From positions 62,558,001 through 62,622,000 of the forward strand of contig NC_043008.1 in assembly GCF_006345805.1 (NCBI RefSeq): a stretch of DNA of 64,000 bases, read 5' to 3'. This document shows positions 12,259 through 24,796 of this stretch, piece after piece. This stretch comes from Octopus sinensis (taxonomy: Eukaryota). Within the stretch, counting starts at the first letter, position 1; each line of letters starts with the position of its first letter. The position numbers and the translations under genes are program-made. Below the pieces are notes generated by a model, which was not told where the DNA came from, made no database searches, and saw nothing but the letters and a program-made list of their open reading frames with translations.

Positions 12259-15035
12259 GAGGTAATCAGAGTATGCGACAGAATAACATAAGATTAGATG
12301 CGCTTCATCATAGTTTAGCAACCATTATATCAGCCTGTGCTCCTCAGTCGGGGCTACCTGATGGACAGAAGACCGATTCTATGACACTCTACTGCAGACT
12401 ACCTCGTTGACGAACGACAAAGACCTTCTCTTTGTGGCTGGTGACTTCAATGGTCACGTTGGACGACATGCTGGGGGCTCCACGGCGTACATGGAGGCTA
12501 TGGCTCTGGTTCCCGCAACGAGGAGGGAACCAGGCTGCTGGAGTTCTGCGATGCAAATAATCTTATGATTTGCAACACTAACTTCAGGAACCTACCAGCC
12601 ACCTAGTCACCTACCGATCGGGCCCACATACCAGCCAAATTGACTACATCCTTGCCAGGCAAAGGGAGAGATGGCTACTTATAAATGCCAAAACCTTCCC
12701 AGGCGAAGAATGCACCCCACAACATAACTGGTAGTTAGTGACTTTAGGATCAGGAGTAGGAGGACAACCAGAAGACGACCAACATGGAGAAGAAGGATCT
12801 TGAAGCTTAAGGATCCTGTGAATGGACAGAGATTTAGAGACATGTTACTTGAAGCCTTTGACGAAGTAGAAGGGATAGTGTATCACATGGGGTAGAGGAC
12901 AACTGACTTTTCTAAGGGACAACCTGCTGAGAGCCACTGACCAGATCTGTGGCTGGTGCAAGTCCCCTCTCGTCCCAAGGTAACGTGGTGGTGGAACAGT
13001 GTCGTAGACAGGGCTATTAGAGAAAAGAGACAGACTTGGAAGCACTGGAAGAATGGTGGTAGCAGGGAATTATCAGACTGCTAAAAGGGAAGCTAGGAGA
13101 CAGGTCTATCTAGCCAGAGGGGAAGCAGATAAAAAAAAATTTGCCAATGTTCTGCGCCGTGAGGACCAAAGACTGGAGGGTTTCGCGTTGCAAGACAGTG
13201 TGTGAGAGAGAATTGTGATGTGGTGGGAGAGAAGTGTGTTCGCATGGAAGATGGTTCACTTGCGCTAAACGAGGATGCAAAGAGAGAGGCTTGGAGACGC
13301 CACTATGAAAGGTTGCTGAATAAAGAAAATGAATGGGATAAAGAGAGTCTGCCGAACGTTGACCCAACAGAGGGACCAGCTATCAGGGTTGATAGTTCCT
13401 TAGTAGCTAAGGCAATTAGAAGCATGAAGACAAGGAAAGCCCAATGCCCATCAGGTATCACTGCAGAGATGCTCAAAATATCTGGTAGTGTCGGCTATAG
13501 CCTAGTCACCTGTATAGTTAATCAGGTGATACATGAAGGAGTCATACCCAATGACTGGTGTAGCAGCATAATAGTCAACTGCTACAAAGGTAAAGGTGAT
13601 GCCCTAGATACAAATAATTACAGAGGTATCAAGCTGTTGGATCAGGTGATGAAGATTACAGAGAGGGTCATAAGCCAACTAATTAGAGAGAGAGTTAGTT
13701 TAGATGAGATGCAGTTTGGTTTTGTGCCAGGGAAAAGTACCACTGATGCTATATTCCTGGTAAGGCAGCTGCAGGAGAAATACCTAGCCAAAGATAAGGC
13801 CCTGTACCTGGCTTTTGTTGACATGGAGAAAGCCTTCGACAGGGTCCCCCGATCCCTCATATGGTGGTCAATGAGGAAAAAACTAATAGAAGAATGGTTA
13901 GTGAGAGCTGTGCAAGCCATGTACAGGACGCTGCTAGTAAGTTGAGGGTTGGAAATGAGTACAGTGAAGAATTCCGGTAGAGGTAGAGGTAGGGGTCCAC
14001 CAAGGCTCAGTCCTCAGCCCCCTCCTATTTATCATAGTCCTCCAGGCAATAACGGAGGAATTCAAGAGAGGATGCCCCTGGGAGCTCCTCTATGCTGATG
14101 ACCTTGCTCTAATTGTTGAGTCATTATCAGAACTGGAGAAGAAGTTTCAGGTGTGGAAGCATGGTTTAGAATCGAAGGGCCTTAGAGTCAACCTAGCTAA
14201 AACCAAAGTCGTAATAAGTAGGAAGGTAGACAAATCACAAACGCCTTCAGGTAGATGGCCCTGCTCGATCTGTAGAAAAGGTGTAGGTAGAAACTCTATA
14301 AGATGCACCAAGTGTAAGCTATGGACACAAGAGGTGCAGCAATGTCATAGGAAGGCTAACTAGGAAGATGGTTTTTGTATGTGGCAGATGCTCGGGAGCA
14401 TTAACCTCTGAAAATCTGCAGCAAACAACTTCCGTCACTTTCCAGGGGGAAAAACTAGAAGTAGTTGATAGCTTCCGTTATCTTGGTGACCAAGTCAGTA
14501 GTGGGGGTGGGTGTGCTGAAAGTGTAACGGCTAGAGTAAGAATAGCCTGGGCAAAGTTTAGGGAGCTCTTACCTCTGTTGGTGACTAAAGGCCTCTCGCT
14601 CAGAGTAAAAGGCCGACTGTATGATGCATGTGAACGAACAGCCATGCTACATGGCAGTGAAACATGGGCCGTGACTGCTGAGGACATGCGTAAGCTCACG
14701 AGAAATGAAGCTAGTATGCTCCGTTGGATGTGTAATGTCAGTGTTCATAGTCGACAGAGTGTAAGTACCTTGAGAGAAAAGTTGGACCTAAGAGGAATCA
14801 GATGTTGTGTGCAAGAGAGACGATTGCGCTGGTATGGTCATGTGGTGAGAATGGATGAAGATAGGTGTGTGAAAGTGCCACACCCTGGCAGTTGAGGGGA
14901 CCTGTGGAAGAGGTAGACCCAGGAAACCGGGTCGAGGTGGTGGTGGTGAAGCACGACCTTCGAACTCTAGGTCTCACCAAGGAAATGACCAGAGATCGAG
15001 ACCTATGGAAGTATGCTGTGCGTGAGAAGACCGGC
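12259..15035 (+). pseudogene. Frameshifted RTE APE-RT ORF with PHD-type finger
   Basis: ORF-track pieces 13202-13945, 14151-14363 and 14368-14895 are consecutive parts of one polyprotein broken by indels and stops. Confidence 0.92.
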
Positions 15036-15089
15036 AAGACCAGTGAGAACAATCAAAATCAAATCATATATCAGAAAGCAGGGGTTAAG

Positions 15090-15940
15090 TGACCCATCTG
15101 TTCGTGTCCGCTGTCAGCCTCGTCTGGCACCCGTGCCGGTGATACGTAAAAGCACCATTCGCTCATGGCCGTTTGCCAGCTCTGCTGGCCCGTGTCGGTG
15201 GCACGTACGTAAAAGCACCATCTGTTCGTGTTCGTTGCCAGCCTCGCCTGGCCCCGTGCCGTGACACATAAAAGCACCGTCCGTTGGCCAGCTCTGTCTG
15301 GCCCCGTGTGGTGGCACGTAAAAGCACCATCCGTCCGTGTCCATTGCCAGCCTAGGCTGGCCCCGTGCGGTGACACGTAAAAGCACCGTCCGCTCGTGGC
15401 CGTTTGCCAGCCCTGTCTGGCAACCATGTCAGTGACACGTAAAAGCACCATCCGTTTGCATCCGTTGCCAGCCTCGGCTGGCCCCTGTGCCGGTGACACG
15501 TAAAAGCACCATCTGTTCGTGGCCGTTTGCCAGCTCTGTCTGGCCCCATGTCGGTGGCATGTAAAAGCACCATCCATCCGTGTCCATTGCCAGCCTCGGC
15601 TGGCCCCCGTGCGGGTGGCACGTTAAAAGCACGTCCGCTCGTGGCCGTGCCAGCTCTGTCTGGCAACCGTGTCAGTGGCAGTAAAAGCACCATCCGTTCG
15701 CGTCCGTTGCCAGCCTCGGCTGGCCCCCGTGCCGGTGACACGTAAAAGCACTGTCCGTTCGTGGCCGGTTGCCAGCTCTGTCTGGCCCCGTGTCGGTGGC
15801 ACGTAAAAGCACCATCCGTTTGTGTCCGTTGCCAGCATCGCCTGGCCCCGTGCCGGTGACACGTAAAAGCACCATCCGTTCGTGGCCGTTCGCCAGCTCT
15901 GTCTGGCACCTGTGCAGGTGGCACGTAAAAAAACACCCAC
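15090..15940 (+). repeat. GC-rich ~60-bp tandem array (14 cores) in RTE 3'UTR
   Basis: Core CGTAAAAGCACC recurs about every 60 bp from ~15145 to ~15925 with alternating A/B unit types. Confidence 0.95.
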
Positions 15941-16102
15941 TACACTCGCGGAGTGGTTGGCGTTAGGAAGGGCATCCAGCCGTAGAAACACTGCCAGATC
16001 TGACTGGGCCTGACGAAGCCTTCCAGCTTCACAGACCCCAGTTGACCCGTCCAATCCATGCTACCATGGAAAACGGACGCTAAACGATGATGATGATGAT
16101 GA

Positions 16103-16135
<33 letters not shown>

Positions 16136-17403
16136 AATATGAATTAGAAGTAGCAACTGCATTATAAACATTATCAAACACAGACATTGAGTATGGGTGT
16201 TCAATAATACACACGCATATGCATGCACACACACATGCACACATGCGCATACACAATAGGCTTACATATTTATTTCAGTGGCAGTTCCTCTAACAAGACC
16301 TAGATCAGCTTGAAACTATAGCAGAAGTTACCCACCTATGGTACCACATAGTAAGATTTAAATCTAAACTTCATGGTTACAGCAGGAATTCCATATCCAA
16401 ACACTTAACACAGCACCTCAGATGTGTGTGTGTGTGTGTGAGTTTAAAGAGAGTAGCATTCTTTGTAAGCACTTTATACTGAAGATGTGAATGTGTTCAA
16501 GTCAAATCACAGTATATGTGTGTGTGTGTGTTTGTATGTGTGAATGTATGTGTAAGTGAGTGTGTATGCATGTATGCATGTATGTATGTGTGTATACATG
16601 CATATATGTATAGGTACACACACGTATGTATGTATGTATGTATGTATGTATGTATGTATGCAAAAGTGTCTTGAATATTTTCAGTATTCTATTTTGTACT
16701 TTGTCAAACTTTTGTTATTTTCATGTTCAAGTTGTGACCTAATTCCAATACAAAGTGTCAATATATGGCTTACTTTATAATATTGATCTTTTTTGATTTC
16801 AAAAATTTCATTGAATAGCATAAAAAAAAAATTAAAATATTTTTGAAATAAGCAGTTTTTTCTTTTAACTCATTAATGATGAACATTGTATTCAGTGGTT
16901 TGGGTTCACCCTTCACATATGAATCATAAAAAAAAAAATATCTGCCTTTGAACATTGTGAATTAACACCCTAAAGATAAAATTCAGCTAATAAGCCGCTA
17001 GATTAATTTTTACTGCTTAATGGCCATTTGACTCAGACCAATTGATTTATCAAAGTTTGGACTTCTAGCAAACACTTAACTCATTATTCAAGTTTATTTG
17101 CCAAGCTGTGTTTTACGCGTGATCTCTTAGTCATTATTATCCTCTTTGTTGCGATCATTTTTTTTTTCCATGATGTGATCATCATCATGATGTCAAAATT
17201 TTAGTGTTTTCACAGGATCCATTGGGGCAGATATTTCCTTGTCCAAATGCACTATCTGTCACTTATATTCTACTGTTTACAAGCAAGATAATGCTTTCAC
17301 ATAACCAGAACATGCTTTCAGTGAAAATTGCAAACAGCACCTCTTCTATGACAGTAAAATAAAAATTATTTTTGAGGTAAAGAAAGAAGACACATGCACA
17401 CAT

Positions 17404-17454
<51 letters not shown>

Positions 17455-17455
<1 letters not shown>

Positions 17456-18020
17456 TGGGTTGTCCAGAAAGTTTGTGCCGATTTTTAAAGGAAAGAAAAA
17501 GGTCAATAAATACTTGCCATTACATTTTTAATCAACTAAATATGAACCATTTTGTTGCACAATGCGTCTCCATCTTTCTTTTAACTTGAAAATACCCTCT
17601 TCCCAAAATTGAGGTGGTTTCATGGCAAAGAATTCATCAAGGTATCTTTTTACATCATCCAAGGAATTGAAATTTTTACCATTAAGTCTATTCTGTAGAG
17701 ACCTGAATAAGTGGAAATCCGAAAAAGCAATATCTGGAGAATATGGAGGGTGGGGTAACACATCCCAGCTGAGCTGCAGCAATTTTTATCTGGTTCCCAA
17801 AGCATCAAGTGCCGAAAATGAACTTTCTTATCTTCCATTTTAAAGGGTTACAGAATTAACACAGGTTATAGGAACATAAATCTTCTTCCACGAAAAGATA
17901 GCTTAAAATGTGCTCTAAATGGAGGTGTAGTCAAATCCTATTTTATGGACTCAACCATGTTCTAAAATATGTTGAAATGTAAGCTACTATAAATTGGCAC
18001 GAACTTTCTGAACAACCCAA
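17455..18020 (-). mobile_element. Non-autonomous mariner (mellifera-like), 566 bp
   Basis: TIRs TTGGGTTGTCCAGAAAGTTTGTGCCGATTT / AAATTGGCACGAACTTTCTGAACAACCCAA, TA both sides; N-term MEDKKVHFRHLML fused to C-term LPHPPYSPDIAFSDFHLFRSLQN. Confidence 0.95.
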
Positions 18021-18781
18021 TATAATGGTACATGAAGCAAAGCTGAGTACAATATAATCATCTTATTTAATACATTCAAGTGTATTTGGACATCATAAGG
18101 TGCTTCAGCCAGAAAATAAATATCATTTGTGAGATGTGAAAACATCTTTTCATTGATAGTGGATGATCATAGGACTACTGTGTTTCCGTGACATTCTGTT
18201 TCATCAGAAACAAAAACCAGATCTTATAACTCACTGTCCAAAATTATTCTTATTAAAACAGCACTCAAAATGCTTGCTGGTGTACATAATGTTTGATCGA
18301 GTTACAATTAAATGAACAATGTTGCTGAAAATTACATTGACTGAAATATATTCAAGTTAAATAATATTTAATATGTTCAAGTGTATTCGGATTTTATACA
18401 GCCTTTCACTGGAAAAAAATTTGAAACAAAATTTTCCTACTAAACATGTGTGAAAGTGGATTTTTGGGAGCTGTAAATGACATCATTGAAATATAGGACA
18501 CATGTATTCCTGTGGCTTACTGCTTCATCGATTGAATTAGCTAAATCTGTTACTCAGAGCCCAATAAGAAGGTGATTATACTTACAGCCATCTTTGGCAT
18601 GTAGATTTTGAAAATCAAAATCGTTTTTTCTCAAGGATGAACTGTTTCTGAGCCTTTCAAGGCTAAACACACACACATAACCACTTACACTCACATATAT
18701 GCTGTGTATATATATAAGCTTGAAACAGGATCTTGTACGCGGTTAATCAAAAGTTTTAATTCATTTTCTTTCTTTTGCTAG

Positions 18782-18857
18782 ACTATTATATGGTGTGTTA
18801 TTCTCAGAGAATTTCTGGTGGTAACAGTGTCATTTGGCGTCTATTTTTCAGTGCGTG
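18782..18857 (+). CDS. Candidate internal exon of unidentified host gene
   Basis: Strong acceptor TTCATTTTCTTTCTTTTGCTAG, donor G|GTGAGG; open in two frames (TIIWCVILREFLVVTVSFGVYFSVR or YYMVCYSQRISGGNSVIWRLFFSA). No homology confirmed. Confidence 0.35.
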
Positions 18858-18897
18858 GTGAGGCACATAGTGAAACCCTTCTTATAATTATGTATAT

Positions 18898-18943
<46 letters not shown>

Positions 18944-19313
18944 GACAGGCTTCTTTTCATTTTTGTTTACAAAATTTACCCTCCAAACCTTTAGTCAGAC
19001 CAAGGTGCTACCTATTAGAACTTTAACTGAAACTTTGTGTTCCAAAGAGAACTTATGAGCCAGATATGTATGATAATGTTTCTGTCAATTTTCAAAATGT
19101 TATTGTGGCACTTAATGCTTTGGATTTTCTACTCATGAATAAATTATAAAGATTGCGTTGATTTTCCTCATAATATTTGGTACCAGGTAATTATCATTAA
19201 AACCAGGTTGTTGAGAAAATGCCTTGGGGGTTACTTCTGACAGTTTATATACTGATTTCATATCACATTTGCGTCAAATTTAAGTTTCATTTCTCGAGGC
19301 TAGATACAATATA

Positions 19314-19852
19314 TTGGGTTGTCCAGAAAGTTTGTGTCGATTTTTAAAGGAAAGAAAAAGGTCAATAAATACTTGCCATTACATTTTTAATCAACCAAAT
19401 ATGAACCATTTTCTTGCACAGTGCGTCTCCATCTTTCCTTTAACTTGAAAATACCCTCTTCCCAGAATTGAGGTGGTTTCATGGCAAAGAATTCATCAAG
19501 GTATCTTTTTACCATTAAGACTATTCTACAGAGACCTGAATAAGTGGAAATCTGAAGGAGCAATATCTGGTGATATGGAGGGTGGGGTAACACATCCCAG
19601 CCGAGCTGCAGCAATTTTTGTCTGGTTCCCAAAGCATCAAGTGCCGAAAATGAACTTTCTTATCTTCCATTTTAAAGGGTTACAGAAATAACACAGGTTA
19701 TAGGAACATAAATCTTCTTCCATGAAAAGATAGCTAAAACTGTGCTCTAAATGGAGGTGTAGTCAAATCTTATTTTATGGACTCAACCATGTTCTAAAAT
19801 AATTGGAAAAGTAAGCTACTATAAATCGGCATGAACTTTCCGTACAACCCAA
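19314..19852 (-). mobile_element. Non-autonomous mariner, same derivative as 17455-18020, 539 bp
   Basis: Same TIRs, TA TSDs and junction; extra 27-bp internal deletion. Confidence 0.95.
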
Positions 19853-21160
19853 TAGTATCAACAAAGCACTGGATTAGGTGGTTATTACTAAACGCTTCTA
19901 CACAAATTTGTTAGCTTTGGACCTGTTTTAGAAACTGTTGTACAAAAAAATTTCGTTGAAATCTCTCTCAATTATCCGGAATGTCAATTGTTTCAGACAA
20001 ATGAGATAAATATGCCGAGTCGTCAAATTCACTTGTCAACTATGTCTTCAGTTTATTTGTACACATAAGTACAAGGAAATTAAATATTATGTCTCACAAT
20101 TACTTCAATTACTCTCGTAAATTTTTGTTTGTAAGATGTTTGCCTTGTTACCTACTGACATCTCTGTCACTGAAGTTTGATGACAAATATTGTCAGAAAC
20201 AAATTACGCTGGCAAAATCTAAAAGACTTAAGTATATAGATAAGGAAATCGATAGAAATATTTTAAATGATGGCTTGTCTAATGAAGTCAGCCAGCATAT
20301 GCCAAAACTGTTCTTAGTAATTCTAACAAATTTCCTGAAACTCATTGTTTTTGATGTATACTGACAGCATATGGTCCAAGAGTGTATTTACCATATTATA
20401 AAAGGTGATGTGGCTAATGCATAGATGGAGAGTCAAAGAGAAGGTGAACATTTTATAGACTCTTAAATCTACCTCCTTTTTCCTTCACCTTATATAATAT
20501 CAGAATCTTCTGAAAAAAAAATCAATAATAGTTTATATGAAGAATTAAAAGTTTATGCAGAAGAGACATTAAATAGAAACTTTTAATGGAGCGAAAAATC
20601 TAATGGATCTCCTAGGAATATGCTTGCTCAAGAAGTGAAAATGAAGAGAGATTAAGAGAGGTTGAGAAATGGTCTAGGAGTGATATTAATGTTGAAACCA
20701 ATCCCATTCAAATTGCTAAGAAACAGTTAATTCTCCTTTACAAATAATTATGTAGGGCACAGATGTGAAATAAAACCATCTGAGTAGCACTGAAGTGCAG
20801 CCTTATTAGGTGAAGTGAGAAACAAGTTAGCAAATTTGAAAGTTGAGGCAACAGATATCCATCAGTTTAAACACCTGGGAATAATTCTTGTAGAAGCTCA
20901 AGAAGCACGAATTTTAGAAATGTTTGCTAATAATGGGTTTTTCTCATATTCCACTCCATCATAAGTCGTATGTGTGTGTATAGGTGCATGTGCTTGTGTG
21001 CGTGTGTACACACATATATGCATGTATATATATATATGTATATATGTATGCATGTAACTATGTATATACACACACACATACATACACACACACATACATA
21101 CACACACACATACACACATACACACATACACACACACACACACACACGCACGAATATATA

Positions 21161-24100
21161 CTAGCTTAAGTTGCTTGGAAATTTAAAGAATCTTAAAGGA
21201 AATTAATATATTTATTCTGATTAAAATATCAGAAAAATTCTATCAGATGACATGAGTATAACCAAAGTTATTAAAACAAATCCTGAAACTAATCACAGTT
21301 TACTTTTGTAGAAATTCTAAATATACAATGTTTTCAGTGTGTCCTTTAACTGGGGTACAAACCAAAAGAGTTTTGGGACTTCCAACTTGCGAACATCCTA
21401 CCTATAATTGCCAATGAGAGATGCAAGGAGAAGCAAGGTTAAGTCCAACAACCTTGAGAGATTGTCCTTGAGATTTGTTTATGGGCTTAGTAAAACTTAG
21501 TTTCACTGGGAACTGGAGCCATTTAAATTCAAAGGGGAGGTCAGATGGGATTAATAGGATCCATGGAATGAAGATATCCTCACTTCTATATTTCCCAGTG
21601 ATAGTTACTGCCTCTAAGATATGGGCTTGTATCACTTTCACCACCAGTCCGATGCCATTGCATAGTCAAGATGGCTCCAAATTCCTGAGCAGCATGACTG
21701 GGGCCCCCTTTTTAAGTGCTAAGTTGCGAGGTGGCATCCCAGATGGCTGTAGAGGGTTCAGGAACTCAGTTGGAAAAACTACAGTTTGGTCCTGATCAAT
21801 GACATTGTCGATGGATTTGAAAGACTGTTCTTGTCCTGGCAACAGCTGCAAGAGATCCAAACTGACTTTGTTGACAGCATCATTACGTGCCTCACATAGC
21901 CATTGACTCTTGCTGAAGTTTTGTGCAATGTTTGGGAACACATGCATTTTGAGATCATTAACAACTGGTACCATCTCACCACAGGGTAGCTTGTGTTGCT
22001 GCACTTGGTGGACATAAGGTAGTTTCCGATTCCTTATGTTTAAAAGCTGGCATGAAAACAGTCCGGCAGTTTGATCACCAAATAATTGGGCCCTCATGTT
22101 AACTGTCAGGTGCCATTTGGTCACTTACCTCCACAGATAGGATTGCTTGAGCCAAACCTTTAGTTTATCTGCTTTTGTACCTTTTTGGATCACAGGAAGG
22201 GTTTGTCTGAAATCCCCAACCCAAATTACAGTGACACCACCCATGAGAATGTCCTTTCCTCTCAAATCTTTTAAGCTATGGTCAACAGCTTCAGGTGCTC
22301 TGCAGTGAAACATGGTGCATTCATCCCAGACAATTCAGCATGTCTGCTGCAAGACCTTGGCCTTTGCTGATGTCTTAGAGATGTTGCAAATTGGAATCTC
22401 TGTTCAAACTATATTCAAGAGAAGCTTCAAAGTAGAATGAGCTGTTCGACCACCTATCAACAGAGTTGCTGCGAGTCCAGAAGATGCTACCACCAATGCA
22501 ATGTACCCATCTAGACAGACTTTTGCTAACAAAAGGTTGATCAAAAACATCTTGCCAGTACCCATAGGAGAATCCACAAAGAACAGTCCACCTCTTTTGC
22601 TCTTGACTCATTTGAATAATGCAGTTGTAAGCTGTCTGTTGTTCAGTCAAAAGCTTTGGCTCATTCACTGTCACACACTTATCGAGATTGTTGATGTTAT
22701 AGGATGTCTTCCTTAAAATTTCTTAGTTTGTTCTGTGCTGTGCCCTTATTGGATCTGGCAAGCCATACTCCTGCAAAAGTTTACCTCCAAGCTGAAGGAC
22801 TTTGTCTTCAAGAAGAAGTAGAGCTTCATTTTTGATGTTCTCAGTCAGCTTGATTTTGAGATCTTGATTTTGCCTCAGCAGTCTGTGAACAATGTCTTCA
22901 CAGAAAGATTCCTGGTGCTTCTCCCACAGGTGCTGAGGGCTAGAGAAGTCACAAGCTTGAAGCATAATGGTGAAAAGATGTAGCAACTGAAATGCAGAAC
23001 ATGAAACAACTGCCTCATCCAGTGACTATCATCTTCAAGGAAGTCATGGAAATGGTAAGCCTGTCTGTAAGAGTCACAGACATGGCCATTAAAAGTCTTC
23101 AGATCTAGGAAACTCTTTGAACCATAGACTGTGCAAAAGGAGCCTCAAGAAATAACACTCAAAGTTGTTGGAATGCACAGTGTAGACCCTTCCCAAAGCT
23201 GAATCTCTCTTGATTCCTGGATGCCCTTCAACAGTCTGACCAATGGCACATCTCTTCCATTGTTTAGTGGTCTGTTAGCTTTTTGAAGAATCATGAGAGA
23301 AAGTAGCATCGAGTAGCAAAAAAATTGGAAGAGGATGATGGTCTATGGACAGCTGCATGTGTAGCCTCTCAGCACAATGATCTGCAGACTCCATTTGCCA
23401 AGCAGTTGCCATCCTTGCTTGGTTTTGTGCTAGCCTCTTTGTATGATGTACTGAGGATTCCATTTACTGAGCAGTTTCAGGGTGCATGACATTGCCTCTA
23501 ACCATTTCCATTGTCTCATATGTTCATGTACGACTTTTAGACCTTTATGGAGGGTTAAGGGGGTGCTCAGATGGTTGGAAGAGTAGGCAGAGAGGCTTCT
23601 CAACACTCCTTCCTCTTTACCCGGTGGGATAATTGAGAAGGGAACAGGGAAGGGTATAGAAGGGGGCTGCAGCCTCCCCTGTAAGAGGGGAGACATCACC
23701 CCCTCCCTTTACTGGCAAGTATATAAAGTTAGTTATCAGCATACGATATTTTTTAATCTCTATCCAAGTATAATTACTCACATCTGATTTAAAACAGAAA
23801 TATCCAATGTTAATAAGTCAAGTTGCTCCAAGAATATTAAAAATAGGTAAGGTAAGTTATCAGCATATAATATTTTTCAAACCATATCCAAGTATAAATA
23901 CATCGAATTTAAATGTGAAATATCAAGTGTTAATAAAGCAAGTTATTCCAAAAATAGCCGAAATATATACTGGAGGATTATCAAGATATGATATTTTCTA
24001 ATTCCTATCCAAGTAGAAATAGTCACATAGGATTTAAATATGAAGTATTGAGTGCCCTCTAGCTAATTTTATTAGGTTCATTCCACGAACAATTATTTGA

Positions 24101-24291
24101 ATAACTCATGTCAATATCTCTAACTTATGTCACGGGAATATTGAACTTTAAAATTTATAAAGTTTATTGTATAAATTGAAAGATATCCTACAGTGTATAT
24201 TACCTAAAGGACTGAATAAGTGACTTATGTTAATGTAATAAGAGTTTTCACCGGGAACGTGACTGTATGGAAGCCTTTTGTTATTTAGAGA
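21161..24291 (-). mobile_element. Internally deleted Helitron (PIF1 helicase retained)
   Basis: Minus translation: LGRVYTVH..FLRLLLH, GTGKT/ASSGLAATLL..GRTAHS, DECTM, GDFRQTLPVI, PSGMPPRNLALKKGAPVMLLRNL, LQFPVKLSF..INKSQGQSL. Putative 3' end CTAG|T at 21161-21164 and putative 5' TC near 24289-24291 (termini less certain). Confidence 0.85.
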
Positions 24292-24293
24292 CC

Positions 24294-24688
24294 TTACTCT
24301 TTTACTTGTTTCAGTCATTTGACTGTGGCCATGCTGGAGCACCGCCTTTAGTCGAGCAAATTGACCCCAGGACTTATTCTTTGTAAGCCTAGTATTTATT
24401 CTATTGGTCTCTTTTGCTGAACCATTAAGTTACAGGGACGTGAACACACCAGCATTGGTTGTCAAGCGATGTTGGGGTGACAAACACAGACACACAAACA
24501 TATACACACATGCACATATATATATATATATATATAATGGGCTTCTTCCAGTTTCCGTCTACCAAATCCACTCACAAGGCTTTGGCCGGCCCAAGGCTAT
24601 AGTAGAAGGCACTTGCCCAAGGTGCCATGCAGTGGGACTGAACCCAGAACCATGTAGTTCGTAAGCAAGCTACTTACCACACAGCCAC
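24294..24688 (-). mobile_element. SINE-B (tRNA head, CORE-like GGCACCTTGGGCAAGT box, internal TA/CA microsatellite, (AAAAGAGT)n tail)
   Basis: Reverse complement of the family seen at 29183-29672. Confidence 0.9.
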
Positions 24689-24734
24689 AGCTCATATATA
24701 AAAAGAATTTGCATTGTGTGCAATCATAAAATAG

Positions 24735-24796
24735 GCGGCAAGTCGATTGGTGAGGTTGGGGATGTATGGATTCAACAAGCTAAACAAATGCTGCTG
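24735..24796 (+). CDS. Candidate exon (GGKSIGEVGDVWIQQAKQMLL)
   Basis: GC-richer open 62-nt segment with donor CTG|GTTAGT; acceptor weak. Confidence 0.25.

Larger units (their letters stand above)
12259..16106 (+). mobile_element. RTE-clade LINE, 5'-truncated, ~3.85 kb
   Basis: APE motif GDFNGHVG (12440), RT motifs QFGFVPGKSTTDAIF, FVDMEKAFDRV, HQGSVLSP (~14000), LLYADD (14091), FRYLG, RLRWYGHV; repeat-rich 3'UTR and (GAT)n tail 16086-16106; TA tracts on both sides. Confidence 0.95.

Noticed and set aside
15090-15940. CRISPR-like appearance of regularly spaced repeats
   Set aside because: Inter-core sequences are themselves repeated (A/B types) rather than unique spacers, the context is a eukaryotic LINE 3'UTR, and there are no cas genes.
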